A DNA stretch of 64,000 nt from assembly GCF_006345805.1 (NCBI RefSeq), contig NC_043000.1:104222001-104286000 (forward strand), read 5' to 3'. The DNA comes from Octopus sinensis. Its lineage: Eukaryota. The notes under the pieces were generated by a model, which saw only the letters and a list, made by a program, of their open reading frames with translations, did no database searches and was not told where the DNA came from. Numbering within the stretch: position 1 is the stretch's first letter; each line of letters starts with the position of its first letter. Made by a program: the position numbers and the translations under genes. Positions 27,394-41,900 of this stretch are shown in pieces.

Positions 27394-27879
27394 CCCATGC
27401 TAGCATGGAAAACGGATGCTAAACGATGATGATGATGACACACATATATATATATACACATATGTGTGTGTGTGTCATTCAAAATTTGAACCTTGTGCTC
27501 AAAGAATAAAACTTGTAAACCTGGTGTCTTGTAAAGTGAGGTATCGTTGTACCAGTGGAGTGTTGGGGTCAATATAATCGACTTACTCATCTTGCTCGAA
27601 ATTGCCGGCCTTGTACCAAAATTTGAAATCAATGTAAACTTTTTCATTTTAAAAGTATAATATATACTCTTTTTACTCTTTTACTTGTTTCAGTCATTTG
27701 ACTGCGGCCATGCTGGAGCACTGCCTTTTAGTCGAGCAAATTGACCCCGGGACTTATTCTTTGTAGGCCCAATACTTATTCTATCGGTCTCTTTGGCCGA
27801 ACCGTTAAGTGACGGGGACATAAACACACCAGCATCGGTTGTCATGCAATGCTAGGGGACAAACACAGACACACAATCT

Positions 27880-27936
<57 letters not shown>

Positions 27937-30900
27937 CTACGACAGGCTTCTTTCAGTTTCCGTCTACCAAATCCACTCACAAGGCATTGGTCGGCCCGGG
28001 GCTATAGCAGAAGACACTTGCCCAAGATGCCACGCAGTGGGACTGAACCCGCAACCATGTGGTTCGTTAGCAAGCTACTTACCACACAGCCACTCTTGCG
28101 CCTATATGTATACTTTGGTAGTCTTTAATGCTGTTCCTATCTTAGTCTTCCTAGCTTTTATCGTGATCTCTGATATGTGGATGATTAATTGAACATATCA
28201 AAGTGAAAAATATTGCCTAATTCTGTCCGCAAATTTTACATACCTTTCATTTAGTACCCCATCTGCTGTAGACGTCTAATATCTTCAGTTTCTACTTTAC
28301 TTGATCTATTTCCCATTTCTTTTGTTTGACTTCTTGAGATCTTAGCCATAGAAAGAACAGCTAACTGAAAAATTGTTGCTCCAACAAAAAGTATTCCACC
28401 TATCTAAAACAAAATTCTTTGCATTTTGTCTAATCTTTCCCTTTTCTCTCTCTCTACAGATGAACCACAAGACCATAATGGTCAATTGCAATCCTGAAAC
28501 TGTCAGTACAGACTATGACATGTGTGAGCGCCTTTATTTTGATGAAATATCATTTGAGGTAACAACTAATAAAATCTATGTATTTGTATTTTTTCAGTCT
28601 TTTGTATATTTTAGGTTACTCTTGATTAAACTTAATGTCATATTCATTACTGCTATGACTATCTAGTTTTTTTTTTTAAGATTAATTTTGAGTAAGTTTT
28701 TCATGCTATTTCTAGCAAGTTGAGCTGCCACGTACAGGCTCCCTTATTGGCTAGCTGAAGTTTCTGCTTTCATAGTAAATGAACCTGATAGAACTTGTCT
28801 TGGTCCTTATTACCCTTGTGTTAAGATTTGAAACAGCACGTAGCAAATCATTTAAATGTAGAGGTTTTCTGGCTGGTTCCAACAGTAACTGTACCACTCT
28901 ATAGTTTCTATTTGTAACATTGGTTAAACATATGAAAAGAAAAGCTTACTCTTCTCAATGTTATATAGATAGATATATAATGTTATATAGATCGATATAT
29001 ATACACACACACATAGAAGTTGATTTCTTTGGTTTACAATACATTGTTCTCAGTGTAACTAGGGACACTAGGGGACCTATTGGATTCTCTCCACTCTTTA
29101 TCCCACCCTAGCTCTTTCATCACCATAAAATATATTACTTAAGTGACCTCATGAGACTTGCATGTACCTTATATTCATTATATGTACTCCTCACTGGCCA
29201 TTAGTTATTGTCAGCTTTCATTCACTCATTTATCCACCTATTTCTACTTGCCACTGGCTCTATCCTCTCTAGTTCTGGCACCACAAGATTTTGTGCCTAG
29301 TACACTGTCTGGTTGTGAGGACACCTTATTCTTGTTGAAGATGAAACCACCTCTCTAGTGCTGGTGTTATGAAAAATCTACCCAATACATACTAAAGTAG
29401 TTGGTGTTAAAGAGAACATCTAGCTGTAGAAACCAAGCCAAAAATGAAACTTATAAGCAATCTATTAGTGCAACAATGGCCCATCCAACCATATCATTGA
29501 ACTTAAAACAATGATTATGTTATATGTATATATAAAATCCATTATTTTTATATCTAATTATTTCTCTTTTTCTTTCTGATGATTTCAGACTGTAATGGAC
29601 ATATATGACCTAGAGAACCCAGAAGGAATTATTTTATCAATGGGTGGTCAACTGCCAAACAACATTGCTATGTCTCTACACAGACAACAGGTAAACTATC
29701 TAATAGCCTAACCTACCATAATTTATTGGGATGATGTTCAATAAAAAGTTTATGTCATCTGCAAATGTTTGCTTGTTTATGAATGTGTATTTGCATTAAT
29801 TTGTATGTTGTTTCTTTGGTTTTACTTCGCTGGATTTGCTGTCTGAGCTATTGTTTATAAACCTGTTGTCAGCCCTGATCATGGAGGCCTAGTTGTACAC
29901 ATATTTGTGATAGGTTTACTGTGTGTTTGAGTTGGATATTTTTTCATGTGCATATTTATATGTAATGGATTTATTAAGTAACTATGTAAGTTTTCAGTTT
30001 TTGTGTGTATATGCACACTCCATTTCTACTATACTGTTTGCTCTTATTCTTTCTAGGCTCGTATTCTTGGTACCTCACCTGAGTTTATTGATAATGCTGA
30101 AAATCGATTCAAGTTCTCTCGTATGTTGGACAATATGGGCATTTCTCAACCCTTGTGGAGAGAGTTAGATGACCTTGAGGTAAGACATCTCTTCCCTTTT
30201 ATCATTTAAAGCACTTAACATTTCTTTCACTCATCTGACAGTGCACCTTCTATGAATGTGCATATGCATGGGTATGTACAAAGCAAGTGAAAAGGCTTTA
30301 GTTACATGACTTAATGTATCTGCTGATTTTTGATTACTAAACAAACAATAAAGCATATTTTAAAATAGATTACTTACTTCATAAACATTTGGATGGTGTT
30401 AGTTGATAGAAAGTACTGGTTGAATATTTTTATTTGATTAGTTGGTGTGGTGTTAGTGCATCTACTATGATGGTACACTTAACATGCCACTCTGTTAAAC
30501 ACCACTACCTTATACTTTTCTATCATTAACAGAGTTTGTTCTGCTGCAATCATTTAGACTACAACCTTGATTCTTTCAGGGACAACATTTATTTTTTCCT
30601 ACAGATAATGTTCAGAATGGGCATCAATCTAACCAATTCACCAGTCTGGGAAGGCCTACAAATGTTATGAGCACTGCTCTTTAGCTTCTGACTAACTTGT
30701 GAAAACAAAAATGTTAAAAACCCTCAAAAGCTGCATCACTTTCACTCCTACTACCAACATTACTGTCACTACAACTACCATGTTACTATTACCAGTGAAC
30801 AACTTCATAAAATTAATTTGCAAAGTTGATTATCAGAATTTATCACAGCCCTATGAAAAATGAAGCAGTTTTTCCATGAAATTTCTTCACTTTTGTAGTT

Positions 30901-33900
30901 AATGACTTTGGCAATGGTATGAATGTGACAACTTCTAGATTTCATTAATTTATTACTTTATGGTGTTGTCTATCTATTGCAGGAAGCCAAAAAATTCTGT
31001 GATACTGTTGGTTTCCCATGCCTTGTTCGTCCTTCCTATGTCCTGAGTGGTGCTGCTATGAATGTGGCCCACACTCACAAAGATTTGGAAAGTTATTTGA
31101 CTCAAGCCAGTGCTGTATCCAAGGAGCATCCAGTTGTTATTTCTAAGTTTATTCTTGAAGCTAAAGTAAGTACCGCAAATTCATTTGATCTCTTTTTCCT
31201 CCTCTGTCTCTTGCTATCACTTTTACTGTCACAATTTGTAGCCCCCCCCCTCTCATTTGCTTTTCTCTTTTTTTCATTTACTTTTCCCTCTTGTTCAATC
31301 TCTCCTCAATTCTTTGTCCTAATTCTTCTTAACGTCACCTATTTTCAGTAAAACTCTTCCATTTTACTACTCCAGAATTCTTTCACTCTTCCAGATCACC
31401 TATATAGTTATTCCACACACTCTTGCCCTTCGTTATTAACTCACCCTTCCTTATAGCTCAGATCTGTACATATATGAATCTTACCAATACTTACACCAAC
31501 TTTTTTGTGGGGGTTCTCTACAGGAAATTGATGTGGATGCCGTGGCATGTGATGGAGAGGTCGTCTGCATGGCTATTTCTGAACATGTTGAGAATGCTGG
31601 TGTGCACTCTGGTGATGCTACACTGATGACACCACCACAAGACATCAATGAAAAGACCCTAGCTCGTATCAAGTTGATTTGCTGCACAGTTGGCCGAGCA
31701 CTTGAAGTGACAGGCCCATTTAACCTACAACTTATTGCAAAGGTTTGTTTCTTCTCTTTTTTTACAATATTTTGTGTGTGTGAGAGAGAGAGATTTCTTA
31801 TGTGGTGTGTGTATTCGTTTCTTTTAGAACATGACTTATCTTTTGTATGTAGTTTCTTGTGTTATGTGGTTTTAAGTTTGATATTTGTTGTGCATTCTCA
31901 AAATTTTTAGTATTTCACTTTCTAATACAATTTTCCTTCTTTTTCAACAACTTGGTCTAGTTAATTGACATACATTATATTTTATCTTGCCCCACCATTA
32001 CTAGTCTTCATTTGGATACTTTACAATCCTGATTCATATTTTTATAATAATAATAATAATAATAATAATATTCTCTTAGTTGAGTAGATTGGCAAAAATG
32101 GTAAGGAGTATCCTGTTATAGTCAGCTTTACCTTTTATCCTTCTGGAGTAAACTATCATTACTTGATTATGTTGTCCTTAACAAAAAATTGTGGCCTTGT
32201 GCCAGTGCTAAAATTTATTATTATTGAAATTTTTTAGGACAACCAGTTGAAAGTGATTGAATGCAATGTCCGTGTGTCACGGTCATTTCCATTTGTATCT
32301 AAAGCTTTGGACCATGACTTCATTGCGATGGCCACCCGAGCCATTATGGGAGAGAAACTGGAACCAGTTAATGTTCTTGCTGGTTGCCGCAAAGTGGCAC
32401 TCAAGGTAAGACAGATTTTTATTTTCAAAAATTCTATTTTCTTTTTAGGTTTTTAAAAAGTTTCTAACAGTATATTGTCATTGCTTACAATTTACAGTTA
32501 ATTCTCCAGTGGACACAGATGTATCCACATTGCAGATATGTATAGTGTGCTGCCATTTATATTCCTTCTTTTTCTTACAACTTCTAATTTCACTACAACT
32601 GTCCTTTTTGTCTATCGTTACAATACGTCTTTTTTAAAGATGTTACGATTATAGAAAGTGACTTGAAGATATGTTATGATAGTTACGTTTGCATCAAGTT
32701 CACTAAAGCACTTCTTTTTGCAATGAAGGTTTGCAGAAAAAAATCATAAGAGCATTTTCGGAGAACAAAAACCGTGTGTGTGTGTGTGTACAGGGTGTCC
32801 TTAAAAGCTGGATACATGGGCAAACTGTTTATTTTCAAGAAATACACACATATAATATTTTCTAGACTAAATTCAGTTTCTAACAGTCTAAACTAAAATA
32901 AACTTAATACCATCTCACTATTCCCACATACACACAATTTCTATGCTTGTACATATACATACTATTTGCTTACATGTTACAGGTGCCTGTCTTCTCCTTC
33001 TCCCGTCTTCGTGGTGCTGATGTGTTGCTAGGTGTTGAGATGGCTAGTACAGGTGAAGTCGCTGGCTTTGGTGAGGACCGTTATGAAGCTTACCTCAAGG
33101 CTCAACTCAGCTCAGGATTTAAAATTCCTCATAGAAATATTTTGATATCCATTGGTAGCTTCAAGGTAAGGATTGTCTCTTAAATGTTTGTATATGCTGG
33201 GAATGGGTTTCTTAGTGCCATTGTTAGTGTGAGTTTGTTCGCCTGTCTAGGTTTGCTTGTCTGCACACTGGGTGGTTGTCTCTGGTCATTAGTGTGTATG
33301 TATGAATGTTATGAGTGGAGTTGCATGTCTGGGTTTGTATGTCGGAGTGTTCATCTTCAGGTCAAGGTATGTTGAGTGGTGTTAGGAGTATGTGCACATC
33401 TTGGAGTAAGGTACAAGTAGGTATAAATGTTTATGCTTACATGCATAAGTGCCATTAGATGTGTAAGATATGCCTTCTAGGTTTTTTTCCTCGCTAATAT
33501 AAAAACCAGTACGTTTTGGCCTTCTGTTTTCTCTCGTCTTCCTCACTGTATTTAATCTACTGTATTAATGTTCGTCCTGTTTCCACCACTCTACTTTAAG
33601 ATAATGCTGCCTAATCTCTATAGTGTTCATGTTCACTTCTCATAATTTTTTAACAATTCCTTTCATTTCTCATTCTCTCTTCTCTCTCTCATTCTAAATG
33701 CTTATCATTTCAGCACAAGAATGAGCTGCTTCCTTCAGTAAAGACACTTGAAGAAATTGGCTACAATCTCTTTGCCAGTATGGGGACAGCTGACTTCTAC
33801 ACAGAACATGGTGTCAAGGTAAGCATCCTCTCTCTATCAAAGTTTTTTTTTTTCTTTTCCTCTATGTCTCTCTTTCATGTTCTATATATGGTATCCCCTG

Positions 33901-36900
33901 CATGTCATTGTATTAACTGACCCCTATTTCATTACTATTCCAGATCAAAGCCGTGGACTGGCCTTATGAAAATATCTGTGAAAATGGCAACGGCAATGGT
34001 GTAGAGCAGAGGACAATAGCAGACTACTTGGCTAAAAACATGTTTGACCTAGTCATCAATTTGCCTATGCGTAATGGTGGCACTTATAGGGCTTCATCTT
34101 TTGTCACCCAGGGCTACAAGACACGACGTATGGCCATTGATTATTCTGTACCTCTCATAACTGATGTCAAATGCACCAAACTTTTGGTTGAGGTCAGAGA
34201 TTTTTTATTTTAACCTCATTATTATATTTCTAAAACCTTTCTCAAGATAACTGTGAATTTATACTTTTTTTCATAAATTTATTGATGTGATATTTGAAAT
34301 GCATCTTAACAAAAGATGTATTACAACTACATTATCTTGAAACTACTTGGTTAATCACTGACATAGAAAAGTCTTTAAATTTTATTTAAATATCATATGA
34401 TTTATCAGCCAATACTTAACTGAGATAAAGGATGGAATGTGGTATAGGACTTCAAAGGAGGAGTTATATGCATAATTAAAATTTTAATTGAACTTGAGTA
34501 CATATAAAACAGGTACAGACATCAATAAAATAGCATGAAAATGTTTGAAGAAAATTACAAAATGAGCATAACTTCATGCTTGTTTAACAAGTAACAAATA
34601 AATTTTACAAATTAGTATTCATGTTAGAAAGCATTTTACAGATAAATTCAATAATAGCAATTTTTATAAATTGCAAATTTGGTATATTTGGAAATTTCTA
34701 TACTTGGACACATACATAGTTTTGTTGTATTAAAGGTTCCTGTTTTCTGTATGAAACTAAACTGAGTTTTCTTTTATTAAAAAAAAAGAGCCCCATTATT
34801 CCTTTTTTACACCTTTATATAGCACTTCATTTCGTCTTATTGTATGGAATGGTGGAATTAAACAGAAATAGTCAATGGATTTTGAGTCAGTCAGGAGGAA
34901 GATTATAGTTGAGTTCAGATTCTTCTGATAATTTTTTTTTTTTTCTCTCTCTCATCACTTTTACTACTGCTGCTCATCATTTATACTATCAGAAATTGAA
35001 ACATCTCGTTCCAAATCTACCATGTGCTATACTCCTTACATAAAAAATTCATTCAGTTCAAAGTCATTGTTTTCTAAATTAGAAACATGCTAGCATGGAA
35101 AGCGGACGCTAAACGATGATGATGATGATGATGATAAGAGAAATAAGGAAAAGCCTATGAAAATATATGGCTATAAGAATTTTGAGAACACTTTTGAGTT
35201 TGATGATTGTATTGTTTTTGGTTGGTACAATTGTCAACTTTGTGATAGTATCTCCTAACATATGTAAAACAGCTGTGTTCATTCACTGATGTAACATTAA
35301 AGATTACACATGTTCACGTTCACTTATTTACTTAAGATCTTCAGAGATGACAGAGACATAAAGTTCCAGTCTAAGCCTGGTGCTATCTAGCTTAGTACCA
35401 CATTGTTCTTAAGATAGCAAAATAAGTGTCAGTCATTATATACCCCACTTCAAATTCCTCTACCCTCACTACCTTCAAAAATTCTTCACATATAAGTTTG
35501 ATCTTCTGCACCACACTAAGATGTTATCTACCATAATCTTGAGTCAACCTAATCTATGTGAGTGATATTTGTTAGGAAACTGTGTGGAAGTCCGTTTGGT
35601 AGGTTGTATGTGTAATTCAAAGGTTAGCATTAAGTTGATTCTGCTTGGTGATTATTTTAAGGGTACAAGTATTTGAAAATCTGTCAAACTGTTGTAGTAT
35701 TGGTTCAGCATATTTATTTCTACTTCATTTCATATTCAGTAAGCTCTTTCTTAATCAGTTGTTGTGCCCAAGGTAACACATGTAACTAACTGAAAGATAT
35801 ATTTAATATATTATTTCTTACAGGCACTTCGTCGGCTTAGAGATGCTCCACCTCTGAAAATACAATATGATTGTATGACTTCTCGCAGAGTTGTCCGTTT
35901 ACCAGGTAATGAATCACCTTACTTTCCTCAGCAATTTCTTCATATCTCCTAGCTCACAGACTGTGTACCTTTCAACTGAATTAATTTATTATTGTTGTAC
36001 ATCCTTTCTAAGAACAGTTCTGGTAACAACTTAATGTTGGCTGTATATATCAAGATTAAAGTTTACAATCTTTTGGCTAATAAAGGTTTTAAGTTTGTGG
36101 CCACTGAGCCCTTTGTTGGCAGTTTACTTGTTACCCTGATAAGAACTATGATGGCTGTTAATAATTTTGGACTCTTTCTATACTTCCTAGGTCTTATTGA
36201 TGTTCATGTTCATGTAAGGGAACCTGGTGCAATTCAGAAAGAAGACTGGCAGACTGCCACAAAAGCTGCACTTGCTGGAGGTATAACCATGATTCTGGCC
36301 ATGCCAAATACCCAACCATCAGTTGTAGACCAAGCCTCATTTGCTCTTGTTCAGAAGGTAATCAAGATTTCTAATCTATCATCTACTTACCCAATTGTTA
36401 TGTGTATAACTATAAATGTAGTTTTTCATCTACATGTCATCAGACTTTCTATCATCTACATACCACTATACTTAGTATGAAAAAGCCATATGCATTTGCT
36501 TGCAGATGCACATACACATATAGGAACTGCACATGCTTTTCCTATTTTTCTTCTAGCACCCTTCACATACAATTTGTACACCTCACAACTACCTTATACA
36601 TCTAAAAACAAGGTTGTCATTACTAGAATTCCTTTGATCATAGGACTGTTTCTTCATAACTTGGTACTAAACAACCACTTAATCCTCTGTCTAGATTTCT
36701 CTTTAACTCTCATAATTTACTGTCTCATCCATCTATATTTCTTATAACTTTTGCCTCTTGTATCTTCCTCTTTGTATGCTTTTCCTCTCCTTCCTCCAAA
36801 TCTCCAATTTCAATTTAATTCCACCAGACATCACAATTGAAGCTTCCATCTCTCTCTTTTCAGATCGCCAAGAATGCAGCTCACTGTGATTATGGTATCA

Positions 36901-38661
36901 ATGTTGGTGCCAGTAAAGACAATGCACAAACTCTTGTTCAAATTGGAGCTAAGGCAGGAGCATTGAAGATGTATCTCAATGAAACTTACACTACCCTCAA
37001 ACTAGATAGCATGGCAGACTGGCAGAAGGTACTCGCTCTTTCTGTATATTATCATCATCATCATCGTTTAAAGTCCATGCTAGCATGGGTTGGACGGTTC
37101 GACTGGGGTCTGGGAAGTCAGGAGGTGGCTCCAGTCTGATCTGGCAGTGTTTCTACAGCAAGATGCCCTTCCTAACGCCAACCACTGTGAGTGTAGTGGG
37201 TGCTTTTTACAGGGGCCAGAGGAGGCTGGCAACGGCCACGATCGGTTGGTGCTTTTTACGTGTCACCGGCACGGATGCCAGTCAAGGTGGCGCTGGCATC
37301 GGCCATGTTTGGATGGTGCTTTTTTGCATGCCACCAGCACGGGTATCACAACTACAATTTCCATTTGATTTTTATTTTGATGTCAGGTCACCCTAACATA
37401 TATATAGTATATTCCCATAAATAATATGGTTTTTATACTTTTATTTTTCAAAATTAAGATAAAGGCGCAGGAGTGGCTGTGTGGTAAATAGCTTGCTTAC
37501 CAACCACATGGTTCCGGGTTCAGTCCCACTGCGTGGCATCTTGGGCAAGTGTCTTCTACTATAGCCTTGGGCCGACCAAAGCCTTGTGAGTGGATTTGGT
37601 AGACGGAAACTGAAAGAAGCCCATTGTATATATGTGTGTGTGTGTTAGTGTATCTGTGTTTGTCCCCCCAGCATCGCTTGACAACCGATGTTGGTGTGTT
37701 TACGTCCCTGTAACTTAGTGGTTCGGCAAAAGAGACCGATAGAATAAGTGGTAGGCTTACAAAGAATAAGTCCTGGCGGTCGATTTCCTCGACTAAAGGC
37801 AATGCTCCAGCATGGTCGCTGTCAAATGACTGAAACAAGTAAAAGAGTAAAGTTCTTTTTTAATCTAAAATATACCTCCTTCATTTTCGACAATGTATCT
37901 GGTAGATTTGCAAGGACCCTTTTCCAAAATTCCCTTGTCTGTGATGAAAGATCTCCAGTATTGTTCTAACCTCTTCTACAGAATTCATGTTTTTTCTGTC
38001 CAAATGATTTTGAAGACTGCGTGATAAATGGTGCAGTGTCCAGCGAATATGGTGGGTGGGGCATCGTTTCCCATTCAAACTGTTCCAGCCTTTGGAGTGT
38101 CCTCTTTGCTGTATGTGGCTGAGCATTATCCTGATGGAAGACTACTTTTCGTCTTCAAACTAAAGATGGTTGTTTTTCTTCTAGTGCTGACTTGAATGAC
38201 CATATCCAAAGTTCTCTGGTAGTTCTTCAACAGTTACGATGGGATTTTGTTCCACTAGGGTTTGCAGGAGGTCCTGATTTAGCTCTAACAGATTTTCCAG
38301 AATGAGGCTTGTCTTCTAGGCTATAGTTTCCAGCTTGGAATTCCTGGAATCACCATTGACATTGGTTTATGCTTATTGTCTGATCCCCATACACTGTATT
38401 AATATTCCTTGCATTATTGCCTTTATTGAACTCATAAAGCATAATATACCCAATATGCTCCTTTGTAGCTTCCATTATAGCTTTGAAAAAATAGCTGTTA
38501 AAATCGAACTGCACTCTTCAAAACAGGCACTAAGAATAAGGACATGGTAAAATTACTACCTGCTTCTTATATAGCAAGTTGATGCAGGCGGTTTATCCTG
38601 TCCCCCTCTGACTGTTAGTTATTGCATTTAAAAAAAAAACGTATTATTTATGGGATGACCC

Positions 38662-38696
<35 letters not shown>

Positions 38697-38866
38697 GGGA
38701 GTGGCTGTGAGGTAAGCAGCTTGCTTACTAAACACATGGTTCCAGATTCAATCCCATTGTGTGGCACCTTGGCCAAGTGTCTTCTACTATAGCCTTGGAC
38801 CGATCAAAGCCTTGTGAGCAGATTTGTGGATTTGGTTGGTGGAAACTGAAGGAAGCTTTAATGTAT

Positions 38867-38914
<48 letters not shown>

Positions 38915-41900
38915 CCTTCAATCATTGTTTGACAACTGATGCTGGTGTGTTTACGTCTCTGTAACTTACCGACTTGCCAATAGAGGCTGATAGAATAAGT
39001 ACTAAGCTTCCAAAGAATAAGTCCTGTGGTCTATTTGCTCGACTAAAGGTGGTGCTCCAACATGGCCACAGTCAAATGACTGAAACAAGTAAAAGAGAAA
39101 TGTCTTTCACTCAATGAATGATGCAATGCTTGTAGTTATTATAGTTCTCAGCTAGATATTTCTAAGAAAAAAGTAAAATATATTAAAAGTAATTTTGAAT
39201 ATTTTATAGTACAGAACAGTTATGGCTGGAGTACATGTAGTCTGCTTGATCATGGCTGGCTTAGAGCTAAGTAGCCCCTACCACATGGTGTGAAATGGCA
39301 AAGCTAGAGAGATCTGTAGCACATATCTTGGTGCCAGGGATCTATTAAAAATACATATCCATAGTTCAAATAATGTTGTTTGTGGTCTAAAACTGGAACT
39401 AAGCACACTTCTTTGTGTGAAACAAAGTTGTGTTTATTTTTTGCATTTTACTAAGTGAATTTCTCTGGGTTTTACTTCAAATGTAGGTTCTTTGCATGCT
39501 GGTGGATTTACGAGAGCATTATTATTGTAATAAGAATAAATACTACTAATTTGTTATCCCTTACATTTTTTAACTGAAATGATGAAAGCATAATTTTGAA
39601 TGCTTTTTTTCTAATGGGATTTGTGTGGCTTTCAAGAGAAACTAACTGGAGCACAAATTCAGTTCTGAGTTAAGAAATCAATACCCAGAAATTGATGTCT
39701 TGTAAATGTTTGTGAAAATGCCTACATGTTATCAATTTACCTATATTCAGCTGTACTGGTGAAAGTGACTTGGCAGCAGGTTAAAAGCTACATTCATAAT
39801 GTACACTAAGAAATATATCAGCAAATTTCATTCAGTGATGTGATAGTTCTATTTTTATACTGAAATAACTGCAGTTCATCAAAATCTCTAGTTTCTAACA
39901 GGATTGGGAGATTTATCTGGAGAAAACATAATGAGCATTTTAGAGTTAAGATAATTCTGAGATCTACAAGTTAGGCTTCAGTTATGTAGAATTAATTTGA
40001 CTTTTTGTCTGAGTTGATAAAATATGTATCCTTATAGAACTGGTAAAAATTATTGAAGAAGATAGCTTTATGAATTTTACTTTTCTTTTTACTTTATAGC
40101 ATTTTGAGAACTGGCCTGCCAACTTACCTTTGTGTGTTCATGCTGAAGGGACTACAACAGCTGCTGTGATACTGCTTGCTGAACTATATCAGAGACCAGT
40201 GCATATTTGTCATGTGGCTCGTAAGGAAGAGGTAAGTGGGAAGATGCAAGTGTGCACTTCTCTCTCTTTCACTTCCTAATAAAATTCATTTCAGAAGAAG
40301 CACATGCTCACATACATAAATACACCCAAGTGCATGCATATACAAATGCTTGCCAGTGCATGCATGAACACTCCTTAACACACACTTGTATTGCAGAAGC
40401 AAAATGAAGATAAAAAGAATTCATTAAGCTGGCAGTACATCAAATAACAATTGATATTCCAATAGCAGATATCCATTGAGTCTGTAGGAAGGACTCTTTT
40501 AACTGTTCATCCTCCTTGACTTATGATATTGTCACTTGACATCAATTTTTTTTCCTCTGTGGGGAAATTGTGTAATAGAACTTAACTAAGTAGAAAAGAT
40601 TCATATCTCTTCTATTGAATATCACAAATATTGAAGACACCAGTGGTATGAATCCTTTGCATGATTAACCATACTGTGATAATCCAGTAAGAGAAGTTCT
40701 ACATAGTTGCTCAGTTTACTCAATCTCTAACTGGCTGAGCAACCACATCGATTTAAATTTCTCCCTCCAGATATGGTGTCTGTTCTCTCTGTCTTTTCTG
40801 CAACTACTGTTGTGGCCTTTACTCTTTGGAGTTGGTTCATTTTGTGTCATCTCCATTCAGTCATTCCCAATTTACTCGTCTATCTTGCTCTAGTCACCTA
40901 TATTATTTCCACTACCCACACACTAACAACTACATTCATTCTTTCCTCTACAAGAAGACCTTTCCTGCACATGTTTTTACTACTATTCTTGATTGCAACT
41001 GTTCAAGACCAACAGTAACTGTGATGGTCTTATCAGCCTCAGAGGGTTTGTGAAAGTCATACCTCTACACCAAACCAATAAACTGGATGGTTATGACTTG
41101 TACATCATTGTAAGTCTGTTCTGTGAAAGGCTTATCTGAGACACAACACCCGTAGTCTGGAATTAAGGTATATAGGTATTTTGACTACATGGGTTAATCC
41201 TAGACAGTATTTGACTGTTTATTTGAAATGATGCATTCCTCATCACTATCCCTCTAAATATTGCTACTTCCCCAACTACTACTCCTGGTACCCTGTAAGG
41301 GAGCTGCTGTTGTTTGCTCAACCTGTTTGAAATAGCACTCTGTATTAAACTACATTGGATAATGTGGTCTAATATACAAAATACTTGACAAAAATGCAGA
41401 TGGTCATTGTTAGAATACTTTTGATGATACAGATCTGCTGGTTAGGACCAACCTGGAGCTTAAGCAACAGCTCTGTATTGAGTTTACTAGTCTGCAGTTC
41501 GTTATATCTGTGCCTGTAGTTTGCTGGCAATCTTATTGTTAGCTGTCTCTATATTCTGTGTTTGCATTGACAGAACAGGGCTGACTGTATATTTTTCACT
41601 TAAACACTGGCAACATGAATATAAAACTTTGTTGTCCATAAATGTCTGATGCCTTTACTAAATTTCTAATCCTTCCTCTATTTTTAGATCATGATCATCA
41701 AAGCTGCAAAAGATATGGGTATTCCAGTGACCTGTGAAGTTGCCCCACATCATTTGTTCTTGAGCACTGATGACAATAAAGTAATTGGCGAAGGCCGTTG
41801 CCAAGTACGACCTTCACTGCAGACCGCTGAAGACCAGCAAGCTCTTTGGGATCACATGGACGTCGTGGACTGCTTTGCCACTGACCATGGTGCAAAATCT

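Noticed and set aside
1477-34192. CPS1 (urea-cycle CPS) or a pseudogene
   Set aside because: DHO exons follow in frame, the GATase Cys/His/Glu triad is intact, and there are no stops or frameshifts across 30 exons.
9663-38925. Recurrent ORFs containing [10 protein letters not shown] or [11 protein letters not shown] (9663, 9889, 15857, 15919, 16791, 16832, 27839, 37497, 38728)
   Set aside because: These are chance translations of the same SINE family, not a gene family.
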